This document shows, one piece after another, positions 39,901 to 52,554 of a stretch of 64,000 nucleotides of DNA. Positions within the stretch are counted from its first letter, which is position 1. The number at the start of each line of letters is the position of its first letter. The stretch lies in NCBI RefSeq assembly GCF_009914755.1, contig NC_060928.1, one strand, 5' to 3'. The translations under genes and the position numbers were made by a program. The DNA comes from the human T2T-CHM13v2.0 reference genome, Homo sapiens. The notes below the pieces were generated by a model that saw only the letters and a program-made list of their open reading frames with translations, had not been told where the DNA came from and searched no databases.

Positions 39901-42152
39901 TGCAGTAATAAATTATCTAAGTAAATCATGTTAATTTGCCTTTTTATATCAAAAGTAGTGATTTCTACAATTCTAATTATCAGTTGTTTCCAATTATTCA
40001 TAATAATGTTGTTTGCCAAATTAGTTATTATGGAATTAACTTATTTCTATGGTGGTAACAAGACATGATCAACAATTGAGGAGATTATTCAATCTAGGAG
40101 TTCTTCCTTATTTATAGTAGTTAACTGTAAGTAATATGAAATAACATGTTGATGTTACATTAGTTTTTGAAGGTACATTTGAGAAAATGTGAAATTTGAA
40201 AACAATATTCAATCAGAGTTCTTCCTAATTTTCTTGATCCTTCTCTTTCATTAGGGCCAAGCCTGACATCAGATGAATTTTTAAAAATTGCAATTAAACC
40301 ATACTGCTAATCTTATATAATGAGCATAATTATATCCTTCCCTCAGTATGTTAATTTATTAAACAAATATTGATGTACTACTGAAAATAGTGGACTGGTG
40401 AATGTTAAAATAATGGAGAAAATGAAAACTTCTTTACAAAATAAGATGTCCTAAGTTAGGTAGAGAGTAAGCCTCATGAGAACAAGAAACAATGTGTGCT
40501 CTCTTCTATAGAGTCTCACTGATTAGCACAGGGTCTGGCAGTAGTTGGCAAATAATAAGTGCTCGTTCAATGAAATTAAATTTGATAGGTAATTTTATCA
40601 TATATTCTTGTTCCACATATTCATCATTGCTATTTTATGCCTCCAAATTTTTGTTCATGATTATTGCTCTCTAAAATTATTTTTTATTATTTTCTTACCT
40701 GGCTATCAGTCATCTTTCAGAAGTTTGAACTGGCATTATAATATCTAAGAAGTTTTCTGGCTCCCCACAGCTGAGCAAAGTAATCCCGAGTCTTAATATT
40801 TCATCTTAAATACACTCTATGTGATTCTTCTGGAGGTCTCTGAGTATCAAAGCACAACCGTACTTTGGTGGGGATGGTTGTTTGTTGTTTAGTTAGTTTC
40901 AGTTATTTTTAACCAGTCTTACTTTGCTCTTACTTTCAAATTTTGTTTTGTACACTTCAATGGAAATTAATAGAATAGCAAACTCTTCCACATAAAAATA
41001 TCTTACCTATGATTTTGATTTTTTCTGGTGAATAGTTAAATAATGTGACTGGCATGTTGTTATAGCTACTTAAGTAATTTGCCCATATGTACCCGTATGA
41101 CTACAATTCTGCCCATAAAACGAATTGGATATGACTATTTTTAATGGTCCATATTAGAAAGAGAATTTTGCTGTTTTTCCAATTTTAGGGAACCCACAAA
41201 TCATCAAATTACTCACATAATTCCTATGAATCTCAAATAATCTGATTAAAATTCCTTCTGAATTGAAAGTAAAATGACTGTCAATCTTAGCCTGTAAGAA
41301 ACTTATAGTCTTAAAAATATTATCAACAGAATAACAGTACTCCTAAAGAAATAGAGAGGTATGGGAAACCAGAAGAATTAACATGATATGCAGTTCACTC
41401 CCACCATACCATCCCTGTATCTGTCTCCTTCAAGCAAAATACAATCTTTATCTTTTCACAATTTATGGGTAAGATATGTAGAACAATTTGCATGGCTAAT
41501 TTAAATATGTTTGATGCAGAGGTTTTACAAAACACATATGTATTGATTAATCGGGCTTTATTTTGATTCTTATGAAGACAAAAAATTATGATCTATAACA
41601 TAACAGTTTAATCATAGAAAACCATTTAGACTACTGGATCAGTGAATAATATATGTGTTACCTGAACGTGGCCCTGTCATATGATTTTGGACACAGCTAA
41701 TTGTTCTAAGCTTTGATTTTTTCCTTCATTGTATTAAAGAAAAAAATTAGTTCTTTAAATTCTGAAACACAGTCATTCCTGAACCATTGCTTGTCCTGCA
41801 CACTTCCAGGAAATGTACCATATATGTGCTGAAAACATTGTTTTCAAATTGAATTTTGGTAAACTGAACCACTGTTTCAACTCATTGCAGATTCAATTTT
41901 AAATTGATATGGTGGGAAACACCCATTTTGAAGGTACTTTAATATTCTCATTTCTTGAAGCTTGCTCTAAGAACTCAAGAAAAACAATACCCAGAAAATA
42001 GGAGGCATTGGGAAGCCAGCTAGATTGTGGGAACGATAAATCATTTAGCAGAATTGGGACATCCTTCCTAAGTGTTCCACAGCTGTGGATACTGCCAAAA
42101 AGTGAGTTATTTTCCCAGAATAATTCCAGGGAAAGCTCAAAAATTGGAACCA

Positions 42153-42437
42153 GACTGGGTGTGGTGGCTCATGCCTGTAATCCCAGCACTTTGGGGGACT
42201 GAGGGGAGTGAATCACTTGAGGTCAGGAGTTCGACACCAGCCTGGCAAACATGGCAAAACCCTGTCTCTACTAAAAGCACAAAAATTAGCTAGGTGTGGT
42301 GGCAGGCACCTGTGATCCCAGCTACTCAAGCAGCTGAGGTGGGAGAAAGAATCTCTTGAACCCGGGAGGTGGAGGTTGCAGTGAACCAAGATCACACCAT
42401 TGTACTCCAGCCTGGGCAAAAGAGCTAGACCCTAGCT

Positions 42438-42469
<32 letters not shown>
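42153..42469 (+). mobile_element. AluS (Sx/Sz-like) SINE
   Basis: full dimer, A31 tail, TSD aaaaattggaacca. Confidence 0.95.
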
Positions 42470-42472
<3 letters not shown>

Positions 42473-42859
42473 GAACCATCTGATTCCAGGGAAGGCAAGT
42501 TGGGAGAAAAGAACTGAAATCAAAAATATCATCTGAGTGTCAACTTATGGAATAATAGGTAATCTAGGTTTTCACGCTTCTTACCCTCTCTCCAATCATG
42601 TAGGCAGGCAATTAACACTCATTCACCTCTGGAAACATGATTTATTCTCTGGAGAAACTGAACCACAAACAATCTAGGCATGAAGGATATGTGGCTTTCT
42701 TCTAAATATAAATGGGAACCAAAATTATTCAATTACATTTTGACCAATGAGACATTTTATAGCTTCATCTCTTCCTTTTGTCTCAGGGGAAAAATGGAAA
42801 ACATGCATATTTATTTACACAATGATTTCAGTAGTGCAAATAAATGTCAAGTATTTTTA

Positions 42860-44665
<1,806 letters not shown>

Positions 44666-46860
44666 CACTGAGATGATCACATGGTTTCTGCTCTTCATTC
44701 TATTAATGGAGTGTATTACATTAATTCATTTTCATTTGTTGAACCAGCTTTGCATTCGAGAAGCAAATACCACCTGATAATTGTGTATCATTCTTTTGAT
44801 ATGCTGTTGAATTTAGTTTGCTAATATTTTGTTGAGTATTTTTATGAGTGCTCATCAATTATCGATTTGTAGATTCCTTTTCTTGTAGTGTCTATGGCTG
44901 GCTTTGGTAGCGGGAGACTGATGACCTCATAGAATGAGCTTGCAAGTATTTCCTTCTCTTCAATATTTTCAAGTGTTAGAGGAGGGATGGTGATAATTTT
45001 TCTTTAAATGTTTGGTAGAATTCTTCTGTGAAGCCAACTGGTCCTGGACTTTTCTTTGTTGGGAGTTTTTTGACTACTGATTCAATCTCCATACTAGTTG
45101 TTAGTCTGTTCAGATTTTCTATTTCTTGAGGACAAATCTTGGCAAATTTTGTGTTCCAGGGATTTATTCATTTCTTCAAGGTCATCTAATTTATTGGTGT
45201 ATAATTGTCCATTGTATTCTCATATGATTCTTTGTATTTCTATGGCATCAGTTTTAATGACCCTCTTTTATTTCTGATTTTAGTTATTTCAGTCTTCATT
45301 TTTTTCTTAGTTAATCTCGCTAAAGGTTTTTCAATTTTGATGGTCTTTTCAAAAAAACCAATTCTTTACTTTGTTGATTTTTTTAATGTTCTCTATTTCC
45401 TTTATCTTTCTTCTAAATTGTATTTTTCCTTCCTTTTGGTAGTTTCAGATTTAGTTTGTTCTTTTCCAAATTCTCTGAAATGTAAAGTTAGATTATCAAT
45501 TCAAGATTTTTCTTCTTTAATATATTTTTTTATGGCTATAAACTTCCTTCTTAGCACAGCTTTCAATGCATCCCATGAAATTTTGTATGCTATATTTTCA
45601 TTTATATTTATTTCAAGGCATTTTAAAAATTTCCCTTGTAACTTCTTCCTTGACCCATTGGTTGTTTAGGAGTGTGCTGTTTAATTTCCAATATTTGTGA
45701 ATTTTCCAGTTTTCCTCTTGCTATTGATTTCTAGTTTCATTCCATTGTAATAAGAAAAGATGCTTTGTATGAGTTCAATCTTGAATTTCTTGACTTATTT
45801 TGTGGGCTAATATATGCTTTTTATTGGAGAATGTTCCATATGAACTTGAGAACAATGTGTATACTGCTGTGGTTGTGTGGAGTGTTTTGTATGTATCTGT
45901 TAGGTACAATTAATCTTCAGTATTATTCAAGTTCTCTATTTCCTATTGATCTTCTGTCTGATTGTTCTATCCATTACTGAAAGTAGAGTATTGAGGTCTC
46001 CTGCTATAAGTTTGTTGCTATTTATTTCTCCCTTCAGTTCTGTCAGAGTTTGCTTCATATATTTAGGAATTCTGAGGCTTGGTGCATAAATATTTATAAT
46101 TTTTAAATCTTCTTGGTAAATTCACCATTTTGTCTTTACATAATATTCTTTTTTGGTCTCCTATAAATGTTTTTGCCTTGCTATTTTGTTTAATGTTAGT
46201 ACAGCCACCCCTGCTCTCTTTTGTTTCCATTTTCATTGAAAATCATTTTCCATTTTTTCTCTTTCAATGTGTGTGTTTAGATTTAAGGTGAATATCTTGT
46301 AGTCAGCATATGGTTAAACTCTATTTTTTTTTTAAATGCATTTAGCCAGTCTATGTCTTTTGATTGGGAAGTTTAGCCCATTACATTTACCAATAGGGAA
46401 AAACCTACTATTGCCATTTTGTCAATTATTTTCTGTATTGTCTGGTAGTTTTTTATACTTTCTCTCTGGTTTTACCCTGCCTTCTGTTGTGTTTTCTTGA
46501 TTTTTTTTGTAGTGATATGCCTTGATTATCTTCTAATTTCCTTTTTTTGGGTATTCTATAGATGTTTTCTTTGTGGTTGCTATTATAATTATATAAACAT
46601 CTCAAAATTATAGCCGTCTATTTTAAACTGCTAAAAATTTAACTTCAGTTACGTGCAAAAACTACTTCTTTTACAGCTTCACTTTGCCATTTTGTTATTG
46701 ATGTCACAAATCACATCTTTATGTATTGTGTGTTCATTAACATAGGTTTAACTTTTTATATTTTTGTCATTTAAATTCTATGCAGCAAAATTATAATAAT
46801 ACAGGTTACTATATGTGTCCATCCACTTACCTTTACTGGTAAGATATATATATTATATAT
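44666..46860 (-). mobile_element. Older L1M ORF2 5' half and upstream region
   Basis: gtttggtagaattc...gtgaagccaactggtcctgg; ggagaatgttccat; cagccacccctgctctctt. Confidence 0.8.
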
Positions 46861-46874
46861 ATGTTTATGTTCTT

Positions 46875-47215
46875 TAATACTAGCAATAAGAGATTAGAAA
46901 TTAAAATTAATAAAGTGCCAATTGTAACAGCAACAAAAATCATTAAATACTTATGAATAAATCTTGCAAAATATGCAGAATCTCTGCAGAAAATAACAAA
47001 ATACTGACAGAAGGATTAAAATAAATAAATGGGGAAATATATTGTGTTTATTGAGTGGGAGATTTAGAATTTTAAGTACCAATTCTCTTCAAGTTGATCT
47101 ATAGATTAAACACAATCACAACTAACATTCAGGAATATTTTTGATAGAAATTACCAGATTGAATCTAAAATGTATTTGGGTAAGCAAAGTAATTAGAATA
47201 ACCAAAACAATTTTG
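46875..47215 (+). mobile_element. Old L1ME ORF2 fragment
   Basis: aaatacttatgaataaatct...caattctcttcaagttgatctatagatt. Confidence 0.65.
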
Positions 47216-47219
47216 TGTT

Positions 47220-47772
47220 AGTTTTAAAAAATCACTTAGATGAGAGATAATTGACATGTGAAAAGCTGTACATATTTAATATATATTACTTGATGAATTT
47301 GGGGATAATCATACACCTTTGAAACAATAATCACCATCAAGTCCGTAAACATATCTTTTTCCTCCCAAAGTTTCCTCCGTTCACCTTTATTATTAGTACT
47401 ACTACTACTAATACTATTGTTGTGTACGGTAAGAGCACTGAACATAAGATCTACCCTCTTAGCAAATTTCAAGTATTTATACTCTAATGTTAGATAAAGG
47501 CACTAACTCTATAGTAGTAGATCCCAAGAACTTGTTTATCTTTCATAATTGAAACTTTGTACCTTTGATCATGACCTCCTTCTTTCCCCCTCCCCCATCA
47601 TTGTACACTCTGCTTCTTTGAGTTTGGCTATTTTAAGTCACATATATAAGTGAGATCATGGAATATTTTTCATTTTGTGTCTTACATCTCACTTAGCAGT
47701 GTTCTCCAGGTTCATCCATGTTGTTGCAAATAGCAGGGGATTTTTTTCTTTTTTAAGACTGAATAATATTCC

Positions 47773-47818
<46 letters not shown>

Positions 47819-48790
47819 ACATTTGTAAAATCTGTTCATCTGTCAATGGACATTTACATTATTTCCATATCTTGGCCATTGTGAATAATGCTGAAATGAG
47901 CATGGGAGTGCAGATATCTCTTTGACATACTGATTTAATTTCCTTTGGATATATACCCACTAGTGGAATTGCTGGAACATATGGTAGATCTATTTTTAAT
48001 TTTTGAGAATCTACATACTGTTTTTCATAATTGCTGTAGCAATTTACATACTCACCAACAAGCATTCCTGTTTTTCAATATCCTTGCCAATACTTATCTT
48101 TTGTCTTTTTAATAATAGCCATCCTAAAAAGCATGGAGTGATATCTTAGTGTGGTTTTGATTTGCATTTTCCTGATAATGAGTGATGTTGAGTACCTTTT
48201 TATATACTTGTTGATTATTTGTATGTCTTCTTTGGACAAATGTCTGTTCATGTCCTTTGCCCAATTTTTTATCAGGTTTTTGTTCTATTACTGTTTAGTT
48301 ATATAAATTCCTTTTATATTTTATATATTAACTCTTTATCAGATATATGGTTTGCATATATTTTCTTCTATTCTGTACATTGACTTTTCAAGGCTTTGCT
48401 TATTTCCTTTCATGTGCAGAAATTTGTAGTTTGATGCAATCCTATTTGTCTTTTTATTTGTTGCTTTTGTTAACTGTGCTGGGGTGGGGGAAGGGGGGAG
48501 GGATAGCATTTGGAGATATACCTAATGCTAAATGATGAGTTAATGTGTGCAGCACACCAACATGGCACATGTATACATATGTAACAAACCTGCATGTTGT
48601 GCACATGTACCCTAAAACTTAAAGTATAATAAAAAAAATTCACTGCCAATATCAATGTTAAGAAGCTTTTTCCTTTTCCTCTGGGCCTTAAGTTTAAGTC
48701 TTTTATTTATTTTGAGTTTTTTTTTTTTTTTTTTGTATGGTGAAAGATAAGGGTACAATTACATTTTTTTTCATGAGGACATCCAATTTT
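47220..48790 (-). mobile_element. L1MA9/10-like 3' region with (CA)n at 47778-47817
   Basis: gtaagagcactgaacataagatctaccctcttagcaaatttcaagt 3' UTR motif, followed by antisense ORF2. Confidence 0.85.
48480..48639 (+). mobile_element. Very short young L1PA 3' terminus
   Basis: ggggtgggggaaggggggagggatagcatt...gcacatgtaccctaaaacttaaagtataataaaaaaaa. Confidence 0.93.
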
Positions 48791-49252
48791 TTCTTCCTTT
48801 GTACAGTTATTTTTGTTTCCCTTTGTAATTCATTTCTTGTTAAGGAAATCTCTGCCTATTCTAAAATCATGAGGAAAGGTTTCTGTTTTTTTCCACCTAG
48901 TTTTTTTTAATTGTCCCATTTTCACATATAGATGTAGAGGGTATCTGGAATAGATTTTCATATAATGTAAGGGTAAAAATGTATGTTTATATGGCCATCT
49001 GATGGACTCATTATGGACAAAATCTCGATCTTTTCCTTACTGCTCTGCAGTTTTACATTGGCCATAAATCTAATGACTGAATACATGTGGATCTTTTTGT
49101 TTACTTTCTATTAAAGTTTATTGACCTGTTTTTCTATACTTGTACAATGCCACACTGTCTTAATTACTGTGGCTTTTTAATAAACCTTGATATCTAGTAG
49201 TGTAAGTCATTCAGCTTTATTCATCTTCTTTAAGATTTTCTTGGCTATTCTT

Positions 49253-49254
49253 TC

Positions 49255-49285
<31 letters not shown>

Positions 49286-49535
49286 GAGACGGAGTCTTGC
49301 TCTGTTGCCAGGGCTGGAGTGCAGTGCTGAGATCTCAGCTTATTGGAACCTCTGCCTCCCAGGTCCAAGCCATTCTTTCTCCCTCCTCAGCCTTCTGAGT
49401 AGCTAGGATTACAGGTGCCCACCATCATGCCCAACTAATTTTTGTATTTTTAGTAGAGATGATGTTTCACCATGTTGGTCAGGCTGGTTTCAAACTCCTG
49501 ACCTCAGGTGATCCGCCCATCTTGGCCTCCCAATG
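49253..49535 (-). mobile_element. AluS SINE, slightly 5'-truncated
   Basis: TSD tcttggctattctt / tcttgggtattctt; (ttttc)n tail. Confidence 0.93.
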
Positions 49536-49718
49536 TCTTGGGTATTCTTGATCCTTTATATTTCTTATAAATTTTAGGAATATCATCCACTTTTACAAAA
49601 ATTTTTTTGAACTTTGATTGGAATTTCATTAAATCTATAGATTAATTTGAAAGTATTGATATCTTTAAAATAGTTGGCTTTCTAATCCATAATCATAGTA
49701 TATAGTTTATCTTATTTA

Positions 49719-50028
49719 GGTCGGCCGTGGTGGCTCACTTCTGTAATCCCAGCACTTTGGGAGGTTGAGGTGGGCGGATCACCTGAGGTCAGGAGTTCAG
49801 GACCAGCCTGGCCAACATGGTGAAACCCCATCTCTGCTAAAAATACAAAATTAGCCAGGTGTGGTGGCACATGCTTGTAGTCCCACCTACTCAGGAGGCT
49901 GAACTGGGAGGATTGCTTGAGCCTGGGAGGCAGAGGTTTCAGTGAGACAAGATCACACCACTGCCCTCCAGCCTGGGCAACAGAGTGAGACTCTGTCTCA
50001 AAACTAAATAAATAAATAAATAAAATAA
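49719..50028 (+). mobile_element. AluS SINE
   Basis: full dimer, (taaa)n tail, perfect TSD tttatcttattta. Confidence 0.95.
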
Positions 50029-50041
50029 TTTATCTTATTTA

Positions 50042-50600
50042 TTATAATAGCTTTACTGAGCTATAATTAACCTAGCATACAATCTACATAAGTATACAAT
50101 TCAGTAGTTTTTAATATATTCACAAACTTTTACAATAATCATAACTATCTAATTCTAGAATATTTTCATTACCCCAAAAGAAAACACACCCATTCATTAC
50201 AGGTCATTTCCCATGACCCTCCATCTAGTCCCTGGAAACCCCAGTGTAATTTGTGTTTCTATCAATGCACTTGTTTTAAATATTCCATATAAATAAGATT
50301 CTATAATATGGCCTTTTGTAACTGGCTTCTTGTATTCAGCATAGTATGTCCAAGTTTCATTTATGCTGTAGCATGTATCAGAACTTTATTATTTTCATTA
50401 CCAAATAATATCCTATTGTATAGATATATCACTTTTTTTTACACATTCATCAGGTGATAGGCATTTGGGTTTTATTCACTTTTTGGTTACTATAAAAAAT
50501 GCCAAGATATATATCTATGTGTAAGTCCATGAAAACATGAACACTTGTTTTCATTTCTCTTGAATATATGTCTAAGAGTGGAATTGTTGAGTCAAATGTT
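50042..50600 (-). mobile_element. L1MB/MC-type 3' end
   Basis: agctttactgagctataatt...tatacaattcagtagttttt...agaatattttcattaccccaaaagaaa. Confidence 0.75.
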
Positions 50601-50711
50601 TTTATTTGCTTTGATTTTTAATTTTTATCAATATTATTTTATACTTTTAAAAACAACATTTGTGTGTATCTTTTATTATATTTATCCTTAAGTATTTTGA
50701 TATTTATCATG

Positions 50712-50986
50712 ACTATAATCCCAGCAGTTTGAGAGGCCAAGGCAGGTAAATCACTTGAGGTCAAGTGTTTGAGACCAGCCTGGCCAACAAGGCAAAACCC
50801 TGTCTCTACTAAAAATATAAAAATTAGCAGGGCATCATGGCACATGCTTGTAATCCTAGCTACTCGGGAAGATGAGGCACAAGGATTGCTTGAACCTGGG
50901 AGGCGGAGGTTTCAGTGAGCCAAGATCATGCCACTGCACTCCAGCCTGGGCCACAGAATGAGACTCCATCTGAAAAAAAAAAAAAA
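50712..50986 (+). mobile_element. AluS SINE, 5'-truncated
   Basis: ataatcccagcagtttgagaggccaagg...gagactccatctg plus A tail. Confidence 0.92.
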
Positions 50987-50989
50987 GAT

Positions 50990-52010
50990 GATGTTGGTAT
51001 CTTGATAGTTTTATTTATTTTCTTTCTTTCTTTTTTTCTTGCCTTATTGCACTGTCCTGGTCTTCTTTACAACATTCAATAAAATTGGTAATAGTGGGTA
51101 TCAATATTTAATTCACAATCTCCAGAGTAATCTCAAATTTTCAACAAGTATGGTTATGATTAAAAATTGTTTCTCTACTCTACTTTTTAGTATGCTGATT
51201 TCTAAAAACTCATATTGTGTTAAATTTTATCAAATGATTATTGGAAAGATCTTGTATATTTCCTCCTTTATTCTCTTAATGTAGTGAATAACATTAATTT
51301 GATATATAATGTTAAACAAATCCGGCATTCCTGGAATAAAAGCAACTTGCCTGTGATGTGTGTTCTTTTTTGTATATCACTGGATGTGATTTGCTAATAT
51401 TTTATTTAGAATTTTTACATCTGCATTTATTGGAGAAACTAACCTGTCATTTAACTTTCTTTTATTGTCTTATTTGGGATTTAGTATCAAGATTAATTTG
51501 GGAGGTGTTTTCAATTTTCCTGTTTTCTGAAAGATTTCATGTAATGTTGGACTTTTGTTCTTCTTTAAATCTTTGGAGGAATTTACTAGTCATCTGAGCC
51601 ACGAGATTGCTTTGAGGGAAGAGTCTTAATTAGAAATTAATTTTTTGTAAATGTAGGACTATTTAGATTAATTTATTCTTATAATTTTAAGGTGCTATTT
51701 TTCAAGGCATTTCTTAATTTCATTTAATTTTTTTATTTATTGGCATAAGGTATTTTTTCTGTATCCTTACTATCACTTTATTATTTGTATGGTGTTTGTG
51801 ATTTCTCTCTTTTCATTTCAGTCTTACTAGAAGTCAGTCGAATTTTTAGTGTTTTTAAGGCACTGATTTTTGGTTTTATTTATTTTTCTTTACTGTACAT
51901 TTATTTTCTAGCTGATGAGGTTTTGATTCAAGTTTACTTATTACTTATATTTTTATTCTTTTGGTTTAATCCAGTGTTTTTGCCTTATTTTGTTTTGTTT
52001 AGCTTTTTGA
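50990..52010 (-). mobile_element. Old L1ME/L1M5 ORF2 fragments
   Basis: ttgccttattgcactg; gcattcctggaataaa; tttgctaatattttatttagaatttttacatct. Confidence 0.6.
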
Positions 52011-52016
52011 GAGGTA

Positions 52017-52380
52017 TGATGGGTTAGATTTTGTATCTCCAAAGAATATTCTGAGGTCCTAACTCCTGTATCTGTGAATGTGATCATATTTAGAAATAAA
52101 ATATTTGCAGATGCAATTAAGATGAGGTTGTTGGTGGGGCGGGGGAGGGGGCGAATTCAATATGACTTGTTGTTATAAGAAGAAGAAAAGACACAGTCAT
52201 ACAGGGAGGACAGCCATGTGAAGACAGAGGCAGAGTGGAGTGATGTTGCCACAAGCCAAGAAATGCCTGGAACTACCAAAAGCTGAAATGAGGCCTGGAA
52301 GAATCCTCTCCTAGAGGCTTCAGAGGGAACATGGCATTGCTAATATCTTGGTTTAGGACTTCTAGCCTGCAGAACTGCGC
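52017..52380 (+). mobile_element. MLT1C-like MaLR LTR
   Basis: gccatgtgaagacagaggcagag...gccacaagccaagaaatgcctgg...ctagaggcttcagagggaacatggc. Confidence 0.85.
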
Positions 52381-52554
52381 CCATCTCTCTATCTATCTAT
52401 GTATCTATATTCATCATGATCATCATGATCATCATGATCTATTCAAATCAGTAAGATATTCCGTGAAGGCAGGGATCACTTTCTGTTTGGTTAATTGCTG
52501 TTTCCAGGGCATAGAAAGTCCCTTCTACAGAGTAAGTACGTTTAAATATTCAAA

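Noticed and set aside
45205-45669. 154-aa hydrophobic ORF resembling a membrane protein
   Set aside because: Antisense reading of A-rich L1 ORF2; T-rich codons give spurious F/L/I runs.
52410-52440. (tcatcatga)x3 encoding HHDHHDHHD in an ORF
   Set aside because: Simple 9-bp slippage repeat beside an LTR; the ORF crosses repeat boundaries.
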